Of a stretch of DNA of 64,000 nt, positions 13,601 to 32,400 are shown piece after piece. The DNA lies in the NCBI RefSeq assembly GCF_022539665.2, contig NC_081333.1:10044001-10108000 (forward strand), given 5' to 3'. Each line of letters opens with the position of its first letter. Position 1 is the first letter of the stretch. The translations under genes were made by a program, and so were the position numbers. Under the pieces are notes generated by a model. That model saw only the letters and a program-made list of their open reading frames with translations. It searched no databases and had not been told where the DNA came from. The stretch comes from Daphnia carinata. Its lineage: Eukaryota.

Positions 13601-16600
13601 CGGTCGACTGACCCATTGTTAGCCATCAAAACTAGCCCTTCCTCTCGAAGGGCCCCCACTCAATTCTCTCCAGACGTGAGAGACAACACACTCAAGACAT
13701 ACAAAAGAAATGAAAAGTCTTCAATAACCAACCAACATATTTGGAGATCCGAAGGTAACAGCATATATACCACTCTCACACACACACACACGTATTCAAA
13801 TTTATTTTTCGCTATTGACGATGACCTCATACATTCCCCCACAGTAGCCAACCCCTGCGTTTTTTTTTGCTTTCCCACCCTCATTACCACACACTTTTTG
13901 GGGCCCCACTCGTGAACGCAATTCCCCCACATTCGAACTCCCCCCTTTTTTACATAATGTAAAATTCCTTTATATGAAATAGTGCAGTGGGCTAGATTCT
14001 CATTCGAAACCAGTCAAACGATCATTCCTGCACACACTCGATGGCGATACATATCGAATCACTACAACTGCAAGTTATTAGACTGCGAAAATCTATCACA
14101 GTCGACATGTTTCACGATTTCTCTCATCGATCCCCGGTTTTTGTTTTCCCGCAGTTCCCAGACGAAAATATTTCCCAGGATTTTTTCATGGGCTCAGTCT
14201 TTTCACGCATCATTCGAATATTCGCTCCCATCGTCAACGTAAACATGAATTTTCTATTATTTTTTTTCCTACCAAACATTCAAAGACAGGTCATCCCTTT
14301 CCATATCCTCAAAAAAAAATCCCATTGAGTGAAATGGATGGGTGAGAATAAAAGAAAACCTCGCCCTCTTTACATCTTTCATGTTTTTGTCAAGACCTCG
14401 TGAGCAAAGATAAGAGTGGTTGAGTAAACAAATTGGCAATGTTGAAGAGAGAAGAAAAAAAAACGGCACTCGAACCGTCCTTCAGAGAGAGAGCAGTGCA
14501 TAACACAAGGGTGCGTACACACAACCCATCACCTGACACCTTTCTCTTCTTTTGCTTGTGCATTGGTGCACCCCTCCCGACCAATAGGTTTTTTTACTAA
14601 CAAGAAGGTGGACTTAACTGTACTACAAAAAAAAAAAAATTGTCAGTGTGTGTGTGTGTGTGTGTGCCAACAAGAGGAACTGTGGTAATTGTCAGTTCTC
14701 AGCACACACCCATGTACCTACGCAGGTTCTGGCGCAAAAGCAACTTCAGGTTACAGGTTCATCGAGTGACCTCCACAGTCGGATAATACAGTTAGCTCAA
14801 AGACACTTCTAACAGTTGCAACCAAACAATTCCCGAGAACTGTGTGTGGACAACGAAAAGGAGGGGAAAATAATATTCAATATTTCTCGTTATTCTATTC
14901 TTTCTCTCACATCCTCGAGTAGAGAGGCCACTGTACGACGACGTCTTTTGTCCATTCCGACACATCAGAAGGATACGTAGGAAGATTTAAATGGTCATGG
15001 CATCAAGAAAAACTTTATAGTACAATATATTCTTATCCCATTGCTATGCTTAAACATAAGATATCCTCCCTTGTCATAAACGCATACAGAGAAAGACTGA
15101 AAGGGGGGTTCCGGCCCTGAATAATTCGTCTCCGTCATCACAACTGTTCGTCCTTATATTTTTTTTCCTTTCCCTACACACGAACAGTAAACTTGTCAGT
15201 TTGCGCGCCCTTTTATACATTTACAAGTATACGATCCGAATGACGTCTAAAAAAAAAAAAAAAAACCGCCAACGCATAAGTTTAAGACCGTTCGCGCAGC
15301 TGGGACGCAGTATGGACGTGACAAGTTCCGTGACAACTGGAGTGGTGTATGTACAGAGCGACTCATTCAGCAATCATCATCGAAAAAGAGCGAGAATATG
15401 GCCTCTAACGCGATGACAAGTCACTCGACATCACCCAAAAAAATACGAGAAAAATAAACAGATAAATAAAAAATGCGTCGACACTTTACTTTAGAAACTA
15501 CTTCAAACACGCGGCCCAACTTCAAACAACGGTGACGACGAACGCTGTCGTATTTTTTCACCGTAAAAAAAAACGGAATAAAATAAATGCAATTGTGTTC
15601 GCCCTAACACGAAAAAAAAAAAACGGGCGGAATTCGTAAAAATGATGAAGGCAAGGGATAAGGAAGAAAGCAGAACAAGTTTGTGACAGCTACGCGAAAT
15701 AATACAACAAGCCTATCATTAATCAAGTCAACACTTAGCAGCGTGAAGAACGAACTACAATAACTAACTGGCATACAACAAATTTTCTTCAAAACTAGTT
15801 GTGGCAAAATAATCTCTTGGCGTTGAAAATTAAAATCGCCGTAATCGAATAAAGGCTTCAATTAGTGATGTGTCTCTCACGAAACACTATCAAGCTGATT
15901 GGTGGATTGGTGTTCGTGAACAAGATGGTGATTGATAAAACTACATTCGAGGACTGTCAATGGAACAGATAATACCGAGTGCGTTTTAAGGATTGAAAAA
16001 GAGACAATCGATGAATGATTAAAAAGCCGAGATAGTCAAGAAGAAGCTGAGAGAATATCTCGGCAAATGAGACGACTGGCTGATAGAGAAAAAAAAAATC
16101 AAAATGAACGAAACTCGCCCTTTCTATCGCTTCGTCTAGTTGGCGGGTAACGAAAAATAAAAAAAGGATCGACGTCACATATAAAAAAGAAGAAGGAAGG
16201 CACGAGTGGATCTTGGAGTGGCGAGTGCTTTCGACAAACGATGTGCGCGACGTGCTCCCGTTGCCCGGGTAACGTGCGGGAGACGCAGAGGGGACGGGAA
16301 GAGAGAAAGGCCACCTGAATTACTCCTTTCTCAAGAGGGCTTGGCTCTTCTGGGGGTCTTGTGTGCGTGTGAGCGCGCTCCTCGAGAAAAAGAAAAAAAA
16401 GAGGGTAGTAGCAGCAGCAGCAGCAGCAGTTTCGTCGTCATATATATACCAGCCTCCATCTCCTAGAAGAGGAGCTGCTCGTCGTTGGCTTCAAGAAGCG
16501 AAACGTGACGCTTTCTTTAGTTCCCTCAACCGTACACAATTGCTGCTGCTGCTGCTACTCCTCCCGAGTCTGTCTGTCTGCCTCTGTCTTTTTTAGAGAC

Positions 16601-19600
16601 ACGCACACACAGAAATGCTCCACACAAAAAAGAAAATCTTATCGGTCGCCTTTGTTGGGAGCAGTGTACATAACCGGTTCCTCTTTTCTTTGGCCTTACG
16701 CCTTGTTCCGTGTTGACACATACGAATGCAACCAACAGTCCAAAGAGCCTTGAAAAATGAAACTTTGATTTCCTTCTCCAATTCCTCTCGAGCAGGTAGT
16801 ACAATTTATCCACGTGAATTATCATTTAAAAAACGATTTTTTAAAATCAGCTTTTCATCACTACATGTCGGAAACAGCATTGCGGTCGTGCTGTTCACGA
16901 TTTGAAATGAAACGTCAGAAACGTCTGCGTATATGTTTAAAAAACCGCAAACTGATTTGATAAACCCGCGTATTTTAGAACCCGATTGCTCGTCGTTCAT
17001 GTATAAGTGACGTGGTGGTGGTAACTTGGCAAACGACACAACAATCAGTGCCAATCATGCCCGTTTTCAAAAGCGACGGCCACCACGCACGCTAAATGGG
17101 GCGTTGCGCATCATAATAGAGCAGCGCATCCTCGCCGCCTCTACACAACGGCGGAGGAAAAAAATAGAAGGGGAGGTGGTAAAGGGAGTCGCGTGCACAA
17201 TAGACAAATTATCTCTCTCCCTCCAACCCAAATGGATAGCCGATTGACTTGGGTGACAAAAAAACAACCAACACAAAAACATCGATTTCATTTTTTTTTC
17301 ACCCTTTCTACATACGGGAAGGAAAAAAAGAAATAGCCAACTAGACCAAAAACTGCACAAGTTTCTCAAACTACGAATTGAATATTATTTTAAAAAAAGG
17401 GATGTTGAAGATGAACGTGCTTGATAGCCCCAACATTCACAAATCGAGATTGTTCTCTATTTGGACTATCTAACTTGCTGCGTCATGCCCATTTCTCTTA
17501 GCCACAACATCAAACAGTTAGTCCACACGCAGCAGTAAAAGTCCCTACCCAACTATCGTCACATCCCTTATAAAAACAACATTCCCTTCACGTTTGTTCC
17601 TTCTCTTAGGCGCTATTCTTTCGTTTGAAATATCTCAGTTATAGAACGTAGAGAAAAAACCCCACTGTCCTAGTCGAACGCTCTTTGATGAGTGTTCTAT
17701 GGGAATGGCCCGATCCGTGATTTGTCAGATCTGAAAGAAAAACAACCGGCCCACATTCCAAGGTGATTCTTCGATTCTTGTCCACCTTTTCTCAACGCCA
17801 TGAATAGACCCTCTCGATTGACGACATTTCGAAAAAGGAAAAAGAAAAGAGTTTGAAAAAAGAAAAAAAAAGGTTGGACGAAGATGTGTTATGACTTGTG
17901 ACGGGTTAAAAGGGAGGGTTGACAGTTATCTTCCGTTCATCGAGTTTGAATAGAATCACGGTACGGTTTTTTAAAAACCCAATGAACACGAGTTTAACCA
18001 AAAACATGAAGGGCTCGACAAAAGAATGGGGGAAAAAAATCAGCACATCTCAAACTGCGATGACCTTAAGTGGGCATACTTTAGTAGGTAGCTCTGCCTT
18101 CCCTTTTCATACCTTAACTCGTGAAAAGGTTGGGAAAAGTAAAACATAACAAAAATTCTTTGGGTTGTATGGGACCTACAGCAAACACCAATTGAAGGGG
18201 TGATGCACGCCCATGTAGTTAGCCACAATTCCCTGGAAATTCGCCCTTCCCCTTCCTCCAACGAACCTCACAATCCTTCGCAGATATTCCGGCAACCTAC
18301 ATGTCAACTACGCTGTACCTACGGGCCAATTTCGATGTCCACACGATGATTTGACAATTGTTCTTAACCAGGGGATTTAGAAAAAAGGTGAAAAACGAAA
18401 AAATTTTTTATTTTACCTCCACGATGGTCTCCGCGTGACATCTGGTGTTGATCCGGAGAATCAAAATACGCTGCCGCTGAAGCCATAGGTCCTCCCATTG
18501 GACGAGGTCCTCTTGGTGGAAATGGTGAAGGAGTATAGGGTCTTGGTCGACTGTGATGTCTGATCCAATAAGATAAATTTTAAAAATCAGAAAACCTCCC
18601 TTTTTTAGACTCTCAAAGGAGAGGTCAATGTGAAAACTTACCCTAACATTCGATGGCCAGCCGTATGGAGACTTCCTCTTTGAGTTGAGCGTGACATACC
18701 AACTTGCGGTCTCCAAGGTCCATTACTTGATTCATCAAAATCTTGCGGTTTCAGCGATGGAGCAGGAGCTCTATTACGGAAATTAGGAATTTATTTAGAA
18801 CTAGTTTTTTTTTTTCGAAAATTTCTCATTGCTACTCACTTGGCACCAGCTAGGCGACACGCAAGGTATTTGTAGTCACTATCGTCTGGCATAGGATCGC
18901 GGTAATCTAAGCTATTTTCAAGAGTCAAGAATACCTGTTAGTAATTTCAACACAAGAACACGTAAAAAGGAAGAATGAAATTTACCAAACAACATGGCAA
19001 TCATAAATGGGCTCCAATCCTCGTACTGGAGATTCAAGAGCTCTACGAAAAAAAAAAAAAAAAAATTAAAGAATTAGTTAAATGCTGTTTTTTTTTTTTA
19101 AACTCAACAACAGCTTACTCTCCAGCACCAACACATTTATCGGAAACAAGAACTGTGCCCGAAATGCCACCGAAATACGACGGCTCCATCTGATACATTT
19201 GCAACTCTTCTCCGGAAGAAGTCTCGCTAGCAAGACCTCGCAAAAAATCGTAGCCTTTGTGATGTTTTCCTACGAAGAATTGGTTCTCCCCAAGGCAATT
19301 CCTCCGCTCTTTTAAGCGAATCAAAGAGTTATGAAAAAACCACATAAAAAAACGTTCTTTTATACGACTTACTTTCGTCTTCCGTCAACTCATCAAAAAG
19401 AGATTTCACAGCTTTCTTAAGCCGTTTTTCATCAACGAACGGAAGAAGAGCTACACCTTGCCAGGCAAACTTCTTTCCATTTAAATCGATTTTGAAGTCT
19501 TCCGGATAAAAATCGATGATTGGCGATTCCTGGAAAGGGAAACGAACAAAACAGAATGATGAGAGGGGGTAATGCGACGAAAATATTTGTTTTATAAACC

Positions 19601-22205
19601 AAAATTGATAAAGAGACTTACGGGGTCCACCATCAGTTCTGCCCAAGGCCGAGGAACATGCGAACGACTAGCAGCAGGGAAGACACCCATCAGTTGTTCT
19701 AGTGGACGAAACTATAACAATTTCTTATTAGTAAATTTCCGAAAAGTACGATTCAAAAACATGATCCCTATCCTACAGGTTTTGTTCCTTTTTTGAAAAC
19801 TGTTTTCACTGACAATATGTCCTGAAAGTCAGATGCAAATGGTGCATAATGGTACGGAAAGTACCACTTCCACGATGGTACACCCTAAAGAGGAGAAATT
19901 ATATGTCAAGACATTCTCTTGTTTGCTTGAAAGATTTGAATTACTTGATAGTAGTACTGGAGTACCCAGCAGAGGCCTCTTACGTACTCCAGAGCCACTT
20001 TTGAACGGAATTCTTCATCAGTCGGCGACACAGCAAACTTGCTCTCGTAGTATCGCTCTTTGAAACCATCTTCCCATAGACGTACTTCGTCATGGCTAAA
20101 ATCGTCTTCGTCGTCATCCTCCCTTTTGCGTTTGACTCCACCTCCTTGGCCGTTAGCAAAATTAGAGGCACCTGTTTTTTGGACAATTTCCACCTTTTCT
20201 ACGACTTCGACTTCTTCCGTCTGTAACGATTTGAAATTAAGATTTGCAAAGTTTAAAAACTAGAGATTATCATGTAGCTACCGATGAACGCAACATTGCT
20301 CTCAGCTCGATGGCAGCTTGTGTGTTTTGCACTTGATTTCGGCGACCTTGTTGAATTTCTTGGTGTGCGTTGGTGATGCTGGGGTTGTTGAATTCTCTGC
20401 CAACCGGACGGGGAGCAAACTGGCCCTGAGGTAAAAATGCTGGACGACTTCCCCCACCCCCACCAAATCTCCTGTTTTTGTTTCTCATACGCTGTCTGTA
20501 AAATGAATGTTCACAAATTAAGAATACTTTTTTTCGCCTATGTTAGCTTTATATGCCATACCTAAATGAAAGTTCATCCTGTTGCCGCTTTTTGAATATT
20601 TCATCTTCAGCGCGGCCAAGTTGTGCGAGGATAATTTGAACCCGCTCCAAATTTACAAAACCACTATCCGTTACCCATCCCTGTGATACAAATAAGCAAA
20701 TTCATCTCTTAAGCGAAGCAAAGTGGCTTTGAACATGAACTTACCTTGGTCTTGTACACGCAATCCTTGTACAGGTTAACCAGCCGATCAATAGCCCCTT
20801 CGCGGATCTCTAATGATGGGAGATGAGGTAAAAAGTCATTGCCGACGAAGAAACACATAAAGACCCAATCGTCAATGGCTCGCTCTAGGTCGTACTCAAA
20901 CGGCAAGTTAGGCATGCTCAGCTCCCTTTCCAGATATTCGCGAAGGACGTAGAGCCGAACAAAAATGTAATTCTGTTCGGCCGCTATGTTTGGACCTATT
21001 TCATCGTGTTCTCCAGATTTTTCGCGCTCAGCCCCTTGGCAATCAGTCAGGTCGTGTCCTTGATGAAATCAAGTTTTAAACAATTTTACTTGAGAATTCA
21101 ACGGATGAAAACTAATAAGGAAAAAAATACCTAATTGGTTACAGATTTCACAAGGTCTAGGTTTGTTTGGCTTGAATTCTTCCCGAATGATTGTGAAACT
21201 AGCTTCATGTGTCGCTAGACCCAACATGATAAGGTCGGCATCGGCCCCACATAACACATGCCTCGTATTTGGATCATGGCTGGGTTGTGCTCTCTGTCTT
21301 CTGATATAGTCCATGATTTTGTGCTCCCCTTCCCCAGGTACGTTTGCGTCTGAGAGAATGACCCCAATATTTTTCCATCCTGGGTCATTGCGTAGCCTAT
21401 CGTGAACGTAATAGTGGAGGCACGCTGACAGTCGATGCATGAACGGTGTGCCCTATAAAGCCCATTAAACTAGTAAACGTCAGATAATTAATACCAAATA
21501 AATCGAATTTTACCGGTGTAATACAATTGCTGTCAAAATGCTCCCCTTTGTCTTTTTCTGAAGGAACGTATGCACCTCTTGCCTGAAGACTTTCGCGAAC
21601 GTTGGCTATAGTTAGAACTTTCTCTGCAATTTCTTTGGATGCCCTGAATCGGCGGGAACGCTGTTGGTTCATCTTAGCTCGGGGTGCCTAAGCAAAAAAA
21701 AACGGATCGAACCATCACACTTTCAGTTGTTTGAAAAGGCAGACTTACAACTCCGTCAATGGCCATGTATAGCAACTTTCTTGGCCGAACAATGGAGAAC
21801 ATTCTGTCGATGCAATCAAAAATGGCAACCATCATCTCATCCTCATTTTTTGGAGCTGGTCTGGAGGTAATAGGTGAATAAATTGAACAAACCAATATGC
21901 TTACAGAAAACCACTGAATTAACCTGTCTTCAGGATGGGTGCAAGGATGGATAATGCCATTCATGTCAAGGTAGAGATTATCAAATTCCACACCATTCGG
22001 GTTTGGCTTTGAAGAATCAATTGGTAATCGTGTTCCATCTTGCGTTGTTCTTACCTATCAAGATCGACAGTTGTACAGGCTATTAATATGCGTTGGTATG
22101 TATTGTTACAAAACAGCGAACGATGTTTACCTTGTCTTCGATGCAATCGCAAATAACAGAAGGATATTTCTGAGTCAGCCATCTAAAAAAAGCTGGAACT
22201 CCCAT
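10609..22205 (-). CDS. XRN2: 5'-3' exoribonuclease 2 (XRN2/Rat1), multi-exon; 3' end extends into the NK2.1 downstream region
   Basis: ATG at 22205 gives [16 protein letters not shown]. Conserved XRN motifs: [126 protein letters not shown]. Core exons lie at 18417-22205. Phase-compatible RGG/Pro-rich tail exons lie at 11852-12014 and 10609-10726. The terminal exon is uncertain. Confidence 0.93.
14646..14666. repeat. (GT)n microsatellite
   Basis: Run of about 10 GT units. Similar short (GA)n, (CA)n and (TA)n tracts occur near 908-920, 9236-9249, 13453-13468 and 30532-30552. Confidence 0.8.
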
Positions 22206-24601
22206 ACTGGCTAAATGCTATAGTATAGGGTATCGCGTCCAACAAGAGGAGTCGCAGCAAGTTACAACTGTCAACCAAATAGTTCAACTAGGTTAAAACA
22301 AAACCGCGTCAACCCTACGTTTAACTCCTAGCACGTTGTAAGGCTATTCTTTCCTTACTTAGTTTCCGGACTGAAGCAGACGCTATGCAAACGACTACGG
22401 GCTGTACATTAAGCCTATTCTAACCACGGGTTCGAAGCTCCAAAATTTCCAAAATCGAAATTCGAAACTCGAAAGAAAACATTGTTTTTTTTGTGTGTCT
22501 ACAACTGCAAGGCTAATGAATTTACTATCTTCGTAAACAACAGTATCTTGGCAACGTCTATTTTTGAATTGTCAAGTAACCGTTTCCTCATCGATATATC
22601 ATCATACCGCCATCGAAAGAAGACAACAGCGGAAAACTAGATGACAAAAATAGAGGCTGTTGTTCTTCTTTAGTGGGAAAAAAACTATAAATAAACTACC
22701 CAATCTAGGTTCGTAACACGTTTCATATTGCTCACGTGTATGCCAGTTCCAGGAACAAGATTGCTGCGGGGTTCGACATCGTCTAGCATGCCAACATAGT
22801 TGGCGAACTTGACAGAAAGGACGAGTGCATTTGAAACGGAAATCCATGAAACCACACACGCAATTTTAATGAGCAACCCTTTCTGGTTAGGAAAATGTCT
22901 CCCGTCGTTGGTTGTATCGTCCCATCTCACGACAATCTTTTGCTCAAGGGGGCTTAGATGTCGCGCAGAAGCCGGTATTGATTTATCGACAGAGCCATCT
23001 TTGCTGATCACGCAGACACACAATTGGCCACTACGATTTGCCTTAGGCATATCGTTTATGCTGGGAGAAAACGAAGACAACAAAACGGAACAGCCATGAC
23101 GTTGAAAGTACATCGGCGAGACGCCCATCTTTATCGTGAGACAGCACGACAGCCACCTAGTGCCTGCTCAGCCAGCATGTATTTTGTCGTCTTTGAATTG
23201 TTTTTGTAAAATATTTGTCATCATATTGCAGGTACTCCATGTACATCGTAAAATAGTAGCATATTTTGTGATGGCTTAATGTTGTCTGGAACAAAAAGTA
23301 GTGGCTATAAAAGCGACTCGAGTACTTTGAGGAAACTTTACTGGAAGTCAACGGACAGGAAACGACTAGCTACTGGCCACCTATTTGCGATTTTCTCGGC
23401 GGGTTCCCTCTACTTTTGGCGGCAAGGTTGTCAGTTTCCTGGAGCCATTACCATCCAATCCAAGCGGGTTGGATGATTTTCCGAGTAAACGGCGACCTCT
23501 ACATTATGAAAAAAAAAAAACGGGCAGACCGCCCACCCCAAATGAAATTCACGATTCCCTCAGGCTTCAGCAGTTTTCTGTAAGGAAAATAACAAATGAC
23601 GAGGCTGTGAAACACAAATAATTCTCAATTCATCCACACAACATCAATTTTTTTTTTAAATCCAAATAAAAACAAGAAGAAACACAAACAAATAGTCAAA
23701 ACGACAGGGAGAGAGAAGACGGACGGCGCCTTATTTTTTTCCTTATTTCCTTGAATATTTCACATTTTTATTATGATGAGATGAAGGTGAGAAAAAAAAA
23801 TGAAAGTTTAAAGCACGCGCAACGATTTCGACTACGACAGTATTTAAATAAAACCCACACACACACACACATACACTCACACAACTGCATAAATGTGGTA
23901 TAAAATAAATAGACGCATTATAAAGAGAGTCGAAAAGGGTGATTTTTGAAACAACCAAGATACACGAGTGTAAAAAATAGAAAAAGGGGAAATCAGTCAG
24001 ATCAGTCACTGTTGCATAGCCCGTGGTAATAACTTCATTATTGTATAGCGCCAACAATTTCAGGTGGTGGGGGGATATATGGGTGGTGTCATGATGATTG
24101 GTTTCAGTATTTGTCGATGCAAGGGAGATGCTGGGTTGATTTTTTTATTATTATTTTTTTTTTCTATTATTATTTGTTGCAGATTAAACAACGTTTGTTT
24201 ACCATCACATGTAATTATTATTAATAATTTTTTTTTTTACTTTTTTTTGAGAACGCGCCGCAGAGCTCAAAGGTATTTACACACAGACATGAAGTGAGAG
24301 ACCGGCACGAAGCAAGTGCATCTGTGCGTGCAACACTCATGAAGATATTGCTCCCCAAAACAGCAACAACAGGGGGGAAGGGGTAACAACATTTGTGTGT
24401 ATGTGTGTGTATATGTCTTGCTGTAAACATGCGAAAGTGTATATATAAACTATACATTTTTTTTTTGTCTTTTCTATCCTTTTTCGTTTAGAAAAAAGGA
24501 TAACACCATGATTATGTAGAGGGAAGTTATCGTGGGTGTTTTTTTTTCATTTCCCTCTTTCTTATGCTTTCGACTTGTTTTGGACCTCCGACAAAATCCG
24601 T

Positions 24602-29474
<4,873 letters not shown>

Positions 29475-32400
29475 GGCCTACGTAACACAAGAACAAGATA
29501 TCAAGTCATTACGAGATTCCGTAGTTAACACGCACACAAAAGAAGAAGAAAAAGAAAACACATATTCGGCAACACTAATCAAAACCGTGTGCTGCTTTGT
29601 TCGTCTTTTTTTTCCTCCTCAATCAACAGCACCTAACGACGAGGAACAAAACCAATCGAAAACACACACACACACTCCTGATGAATCGCTTACTGTTCTC
29701 ACCAGTCTGAGCAAATGGTTTTTCTTCGAATCTTAGGGCCCCACCAACGATTTGCTCGCGTCGACGACACAGACGATCAATAATCGCCGCCCTTGAATAC
29801 CGACGACTCATTCCTCCCCTCTTCAACCCCCCCCCCTCCTTTCACTATTTCCCTTATCCCCATAGAGTCAGTATACATCTAACGTCGGTCGTACCCGACG
29901 ACCTAGAGACCTAAAAAAAAAAAAAAGAGATGGGGGGGGGAGGTGGAAATAAAGTCAGGTGCCAGCACATTGTACGGGATCGACGCGTCGTTGCATCATA
30001 TCTACGGTAAGAGAAACGTTGAATGAGCGACACTCAGTCAGCACATTTTTCAGGCTCTCGTTTCGTAATGGAGTAAGCAGAATTTCAATAAACATTTCTG
30101 CTTAAAAAAGGGAAATTGCTCGATTATTTTGGGTAGTCTAAAAATATTTGAGCAAAGAGGGGAACCCATGACTTGGTTGCATCAGCACAGAAGACCTACT
30201 CCGATCCATCATCGTGATAGTGGAAACAGGAATAGATAAGCTGCCCTAGGCCGTCAAATAATTCATTCAACCTGAATTCATTTACATTTAAGTAGGTAAA
30301 CTATTTTCTATGGTAGCAAGAGCTCTTATAATCTAACGCACGTGGCATGACTCGGCATCTATTTTTCGTGAAAAAAAAAGAAGAACGAAAGCCAAAAAAA
30401 ATATATATTTTTGTAGTTCACGAACCTCATCTGTCTTCGCAATCGGATAACTTTTTTTTCCTGTTCCAGTGCCTTCGTTTTAGAAATGCAGATGCCTTTC
30501 GGAGATATTTCTGACATGGAATGACAATTTCATATATATATATATATATATACTCCAAATTTGAACGCGTTTGATCATCCACGCCAGAAAAAAAACAAAA
30601 CAAGAGAAATGTCTAAACGTGATGAGGACTAGTTCGTCAGGTACGCGGTTGGCAACACAAAAAAAAGATGACAGGGAAAACAAAAAATCAGATCAACAAA
30701 ATCACGAGACTAGCAAGTCAAGTAAACAACGTTTTTTTTAAGTGTGTTCATTTTTAATTTGGCAAGTCATCATCTTGGCAGATGATGAGAATTTGTACGC
30801 TCATTGTGCCACCAACAACGCGTATAGATAATCAAAATGGCGCTAGCGTATACCTATCGTGCCACAAAAATCTGTCGGAGAAATGTTTTGCACCAACAAT
30901 TCGACTAAAAGAATCTAGATAGGACGTTGGGGCACGTACACACCACGTTGGGTTCATTTGGTAGTGATAGCATTTCGTAAACAAAAAAAAATGATGGGTG
31001 GGAAAGAAGTTTGGCAACGCACAAAACATCACGTCAACGGGCTGTAATATCACGGAAAGGCAGGGAACAGACATGCAAATATAACAACCATGTCTCTTAG
31101 GCAATAGATATTTTTTTTTTCGCTAAAATTCCCCATTGTTTTGTTGGGACTGCAACACAGACACTGCTACATTATAAGATGGATTGCAAAATATTTCGCC
31201 GTCTCGAATGTATCAACCGAAAATAAACGGCAGACCATTCTCGTCTCGTCTCAAAGATTAAATTAACCTTTGCATAGCGCACCCAACTATTTCGCTATGG
31301 CTTCTGGCTAGTCGACAATAGGATTACCTGTCGATTTTGAACGCACGGCGGCTATTTATTACATTATCCGGTTGGTGATCACAATTTCTATTCATCGCTA
31401 GATGACAGATGTTACCACTACTACTCGACATTTTCACTTTTTGCAAATCTAGCGGAGCGTTCACTATCAACATTAAGGGAGCGGAACAGGCTCCCGTAAC
31501 CTTGATTTTCTTGTTGTTGTTTTTTCCTATTAAAGATGACTTCCTCACCGCAACTGCTCGAGGCGAAACGAAGAGCTACACCGACATTTGTTTTCAAGAA
31601 CTCGGCCGGCTTTATTGTTAAGCTACCAAACAAAATAAGGAAGATAGGTATAGCCTGCGGGATTGAAACCAAAAGGCACGACGGACTTTTGGTCTAGTCG
31701 TTTTCTCTCTCTTTTTTTTTTTATTTGCTAGCGAAAAACGCATCACACACCTTACCTGTTGACCTCGTAAAATATATTATCAGACGGTTATTCAAAAGAT
31801 TTAAAAACAAAAAGAACTGTATGGGGATCTACGCTATCTTTTGTTACACCATTATCACGTTACTTTACGTTTGGATCTATTCAATTTACGCTGACAATGT
31901 CGAAAAACAACCCGTAGTCAAACAGACAAAAAAAAAGGGTAACATTAGACTTATCAAATTTAATGACACGAGTGAAAACTAGACGTCATTGTTCACGTTT
32001 TCTAACTTTTGTTAGTGAAGACTTTATCTGTTTCAAGAAGAAAACTTTGTCCTTTTTCTAAAAGGAAGGAGGAAATAAAAAACAAAACGAAACAAATCAA
32101 TAATCGGAGAGAACGAGGGGGGCATGATAGATACTGAACACGTGACTAGTCCTGGCAGAAAACTGTATCAGGTTCAAGTTCACGGTAGTAATCGATGGCC
32201 ATTTCTAGAGTGGAAACAGCGAGGGATAAATTCTTAAGGACGGTAAATTGTCTAACGTAATATCTTCGCGGCCATCTTTTTCACACAACAGACAAAGAGC
32301 ACCAAGTTACCCACTACCTTCACCCCGAAAAATTCTTATCTGATTCAAGAGCTAAAGGGTCGGGTTCCCTTTTTTTAAGCCTCGTCATAAAAGTCGAAAA

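Noticed and set aside
22602..23621. Several 60-147 aa ORFs between XRN2 and ERR
   Set aside because: No recognisable motifs or consistent splice structure. Probably ERR 3'UTR or intergenic DNA.
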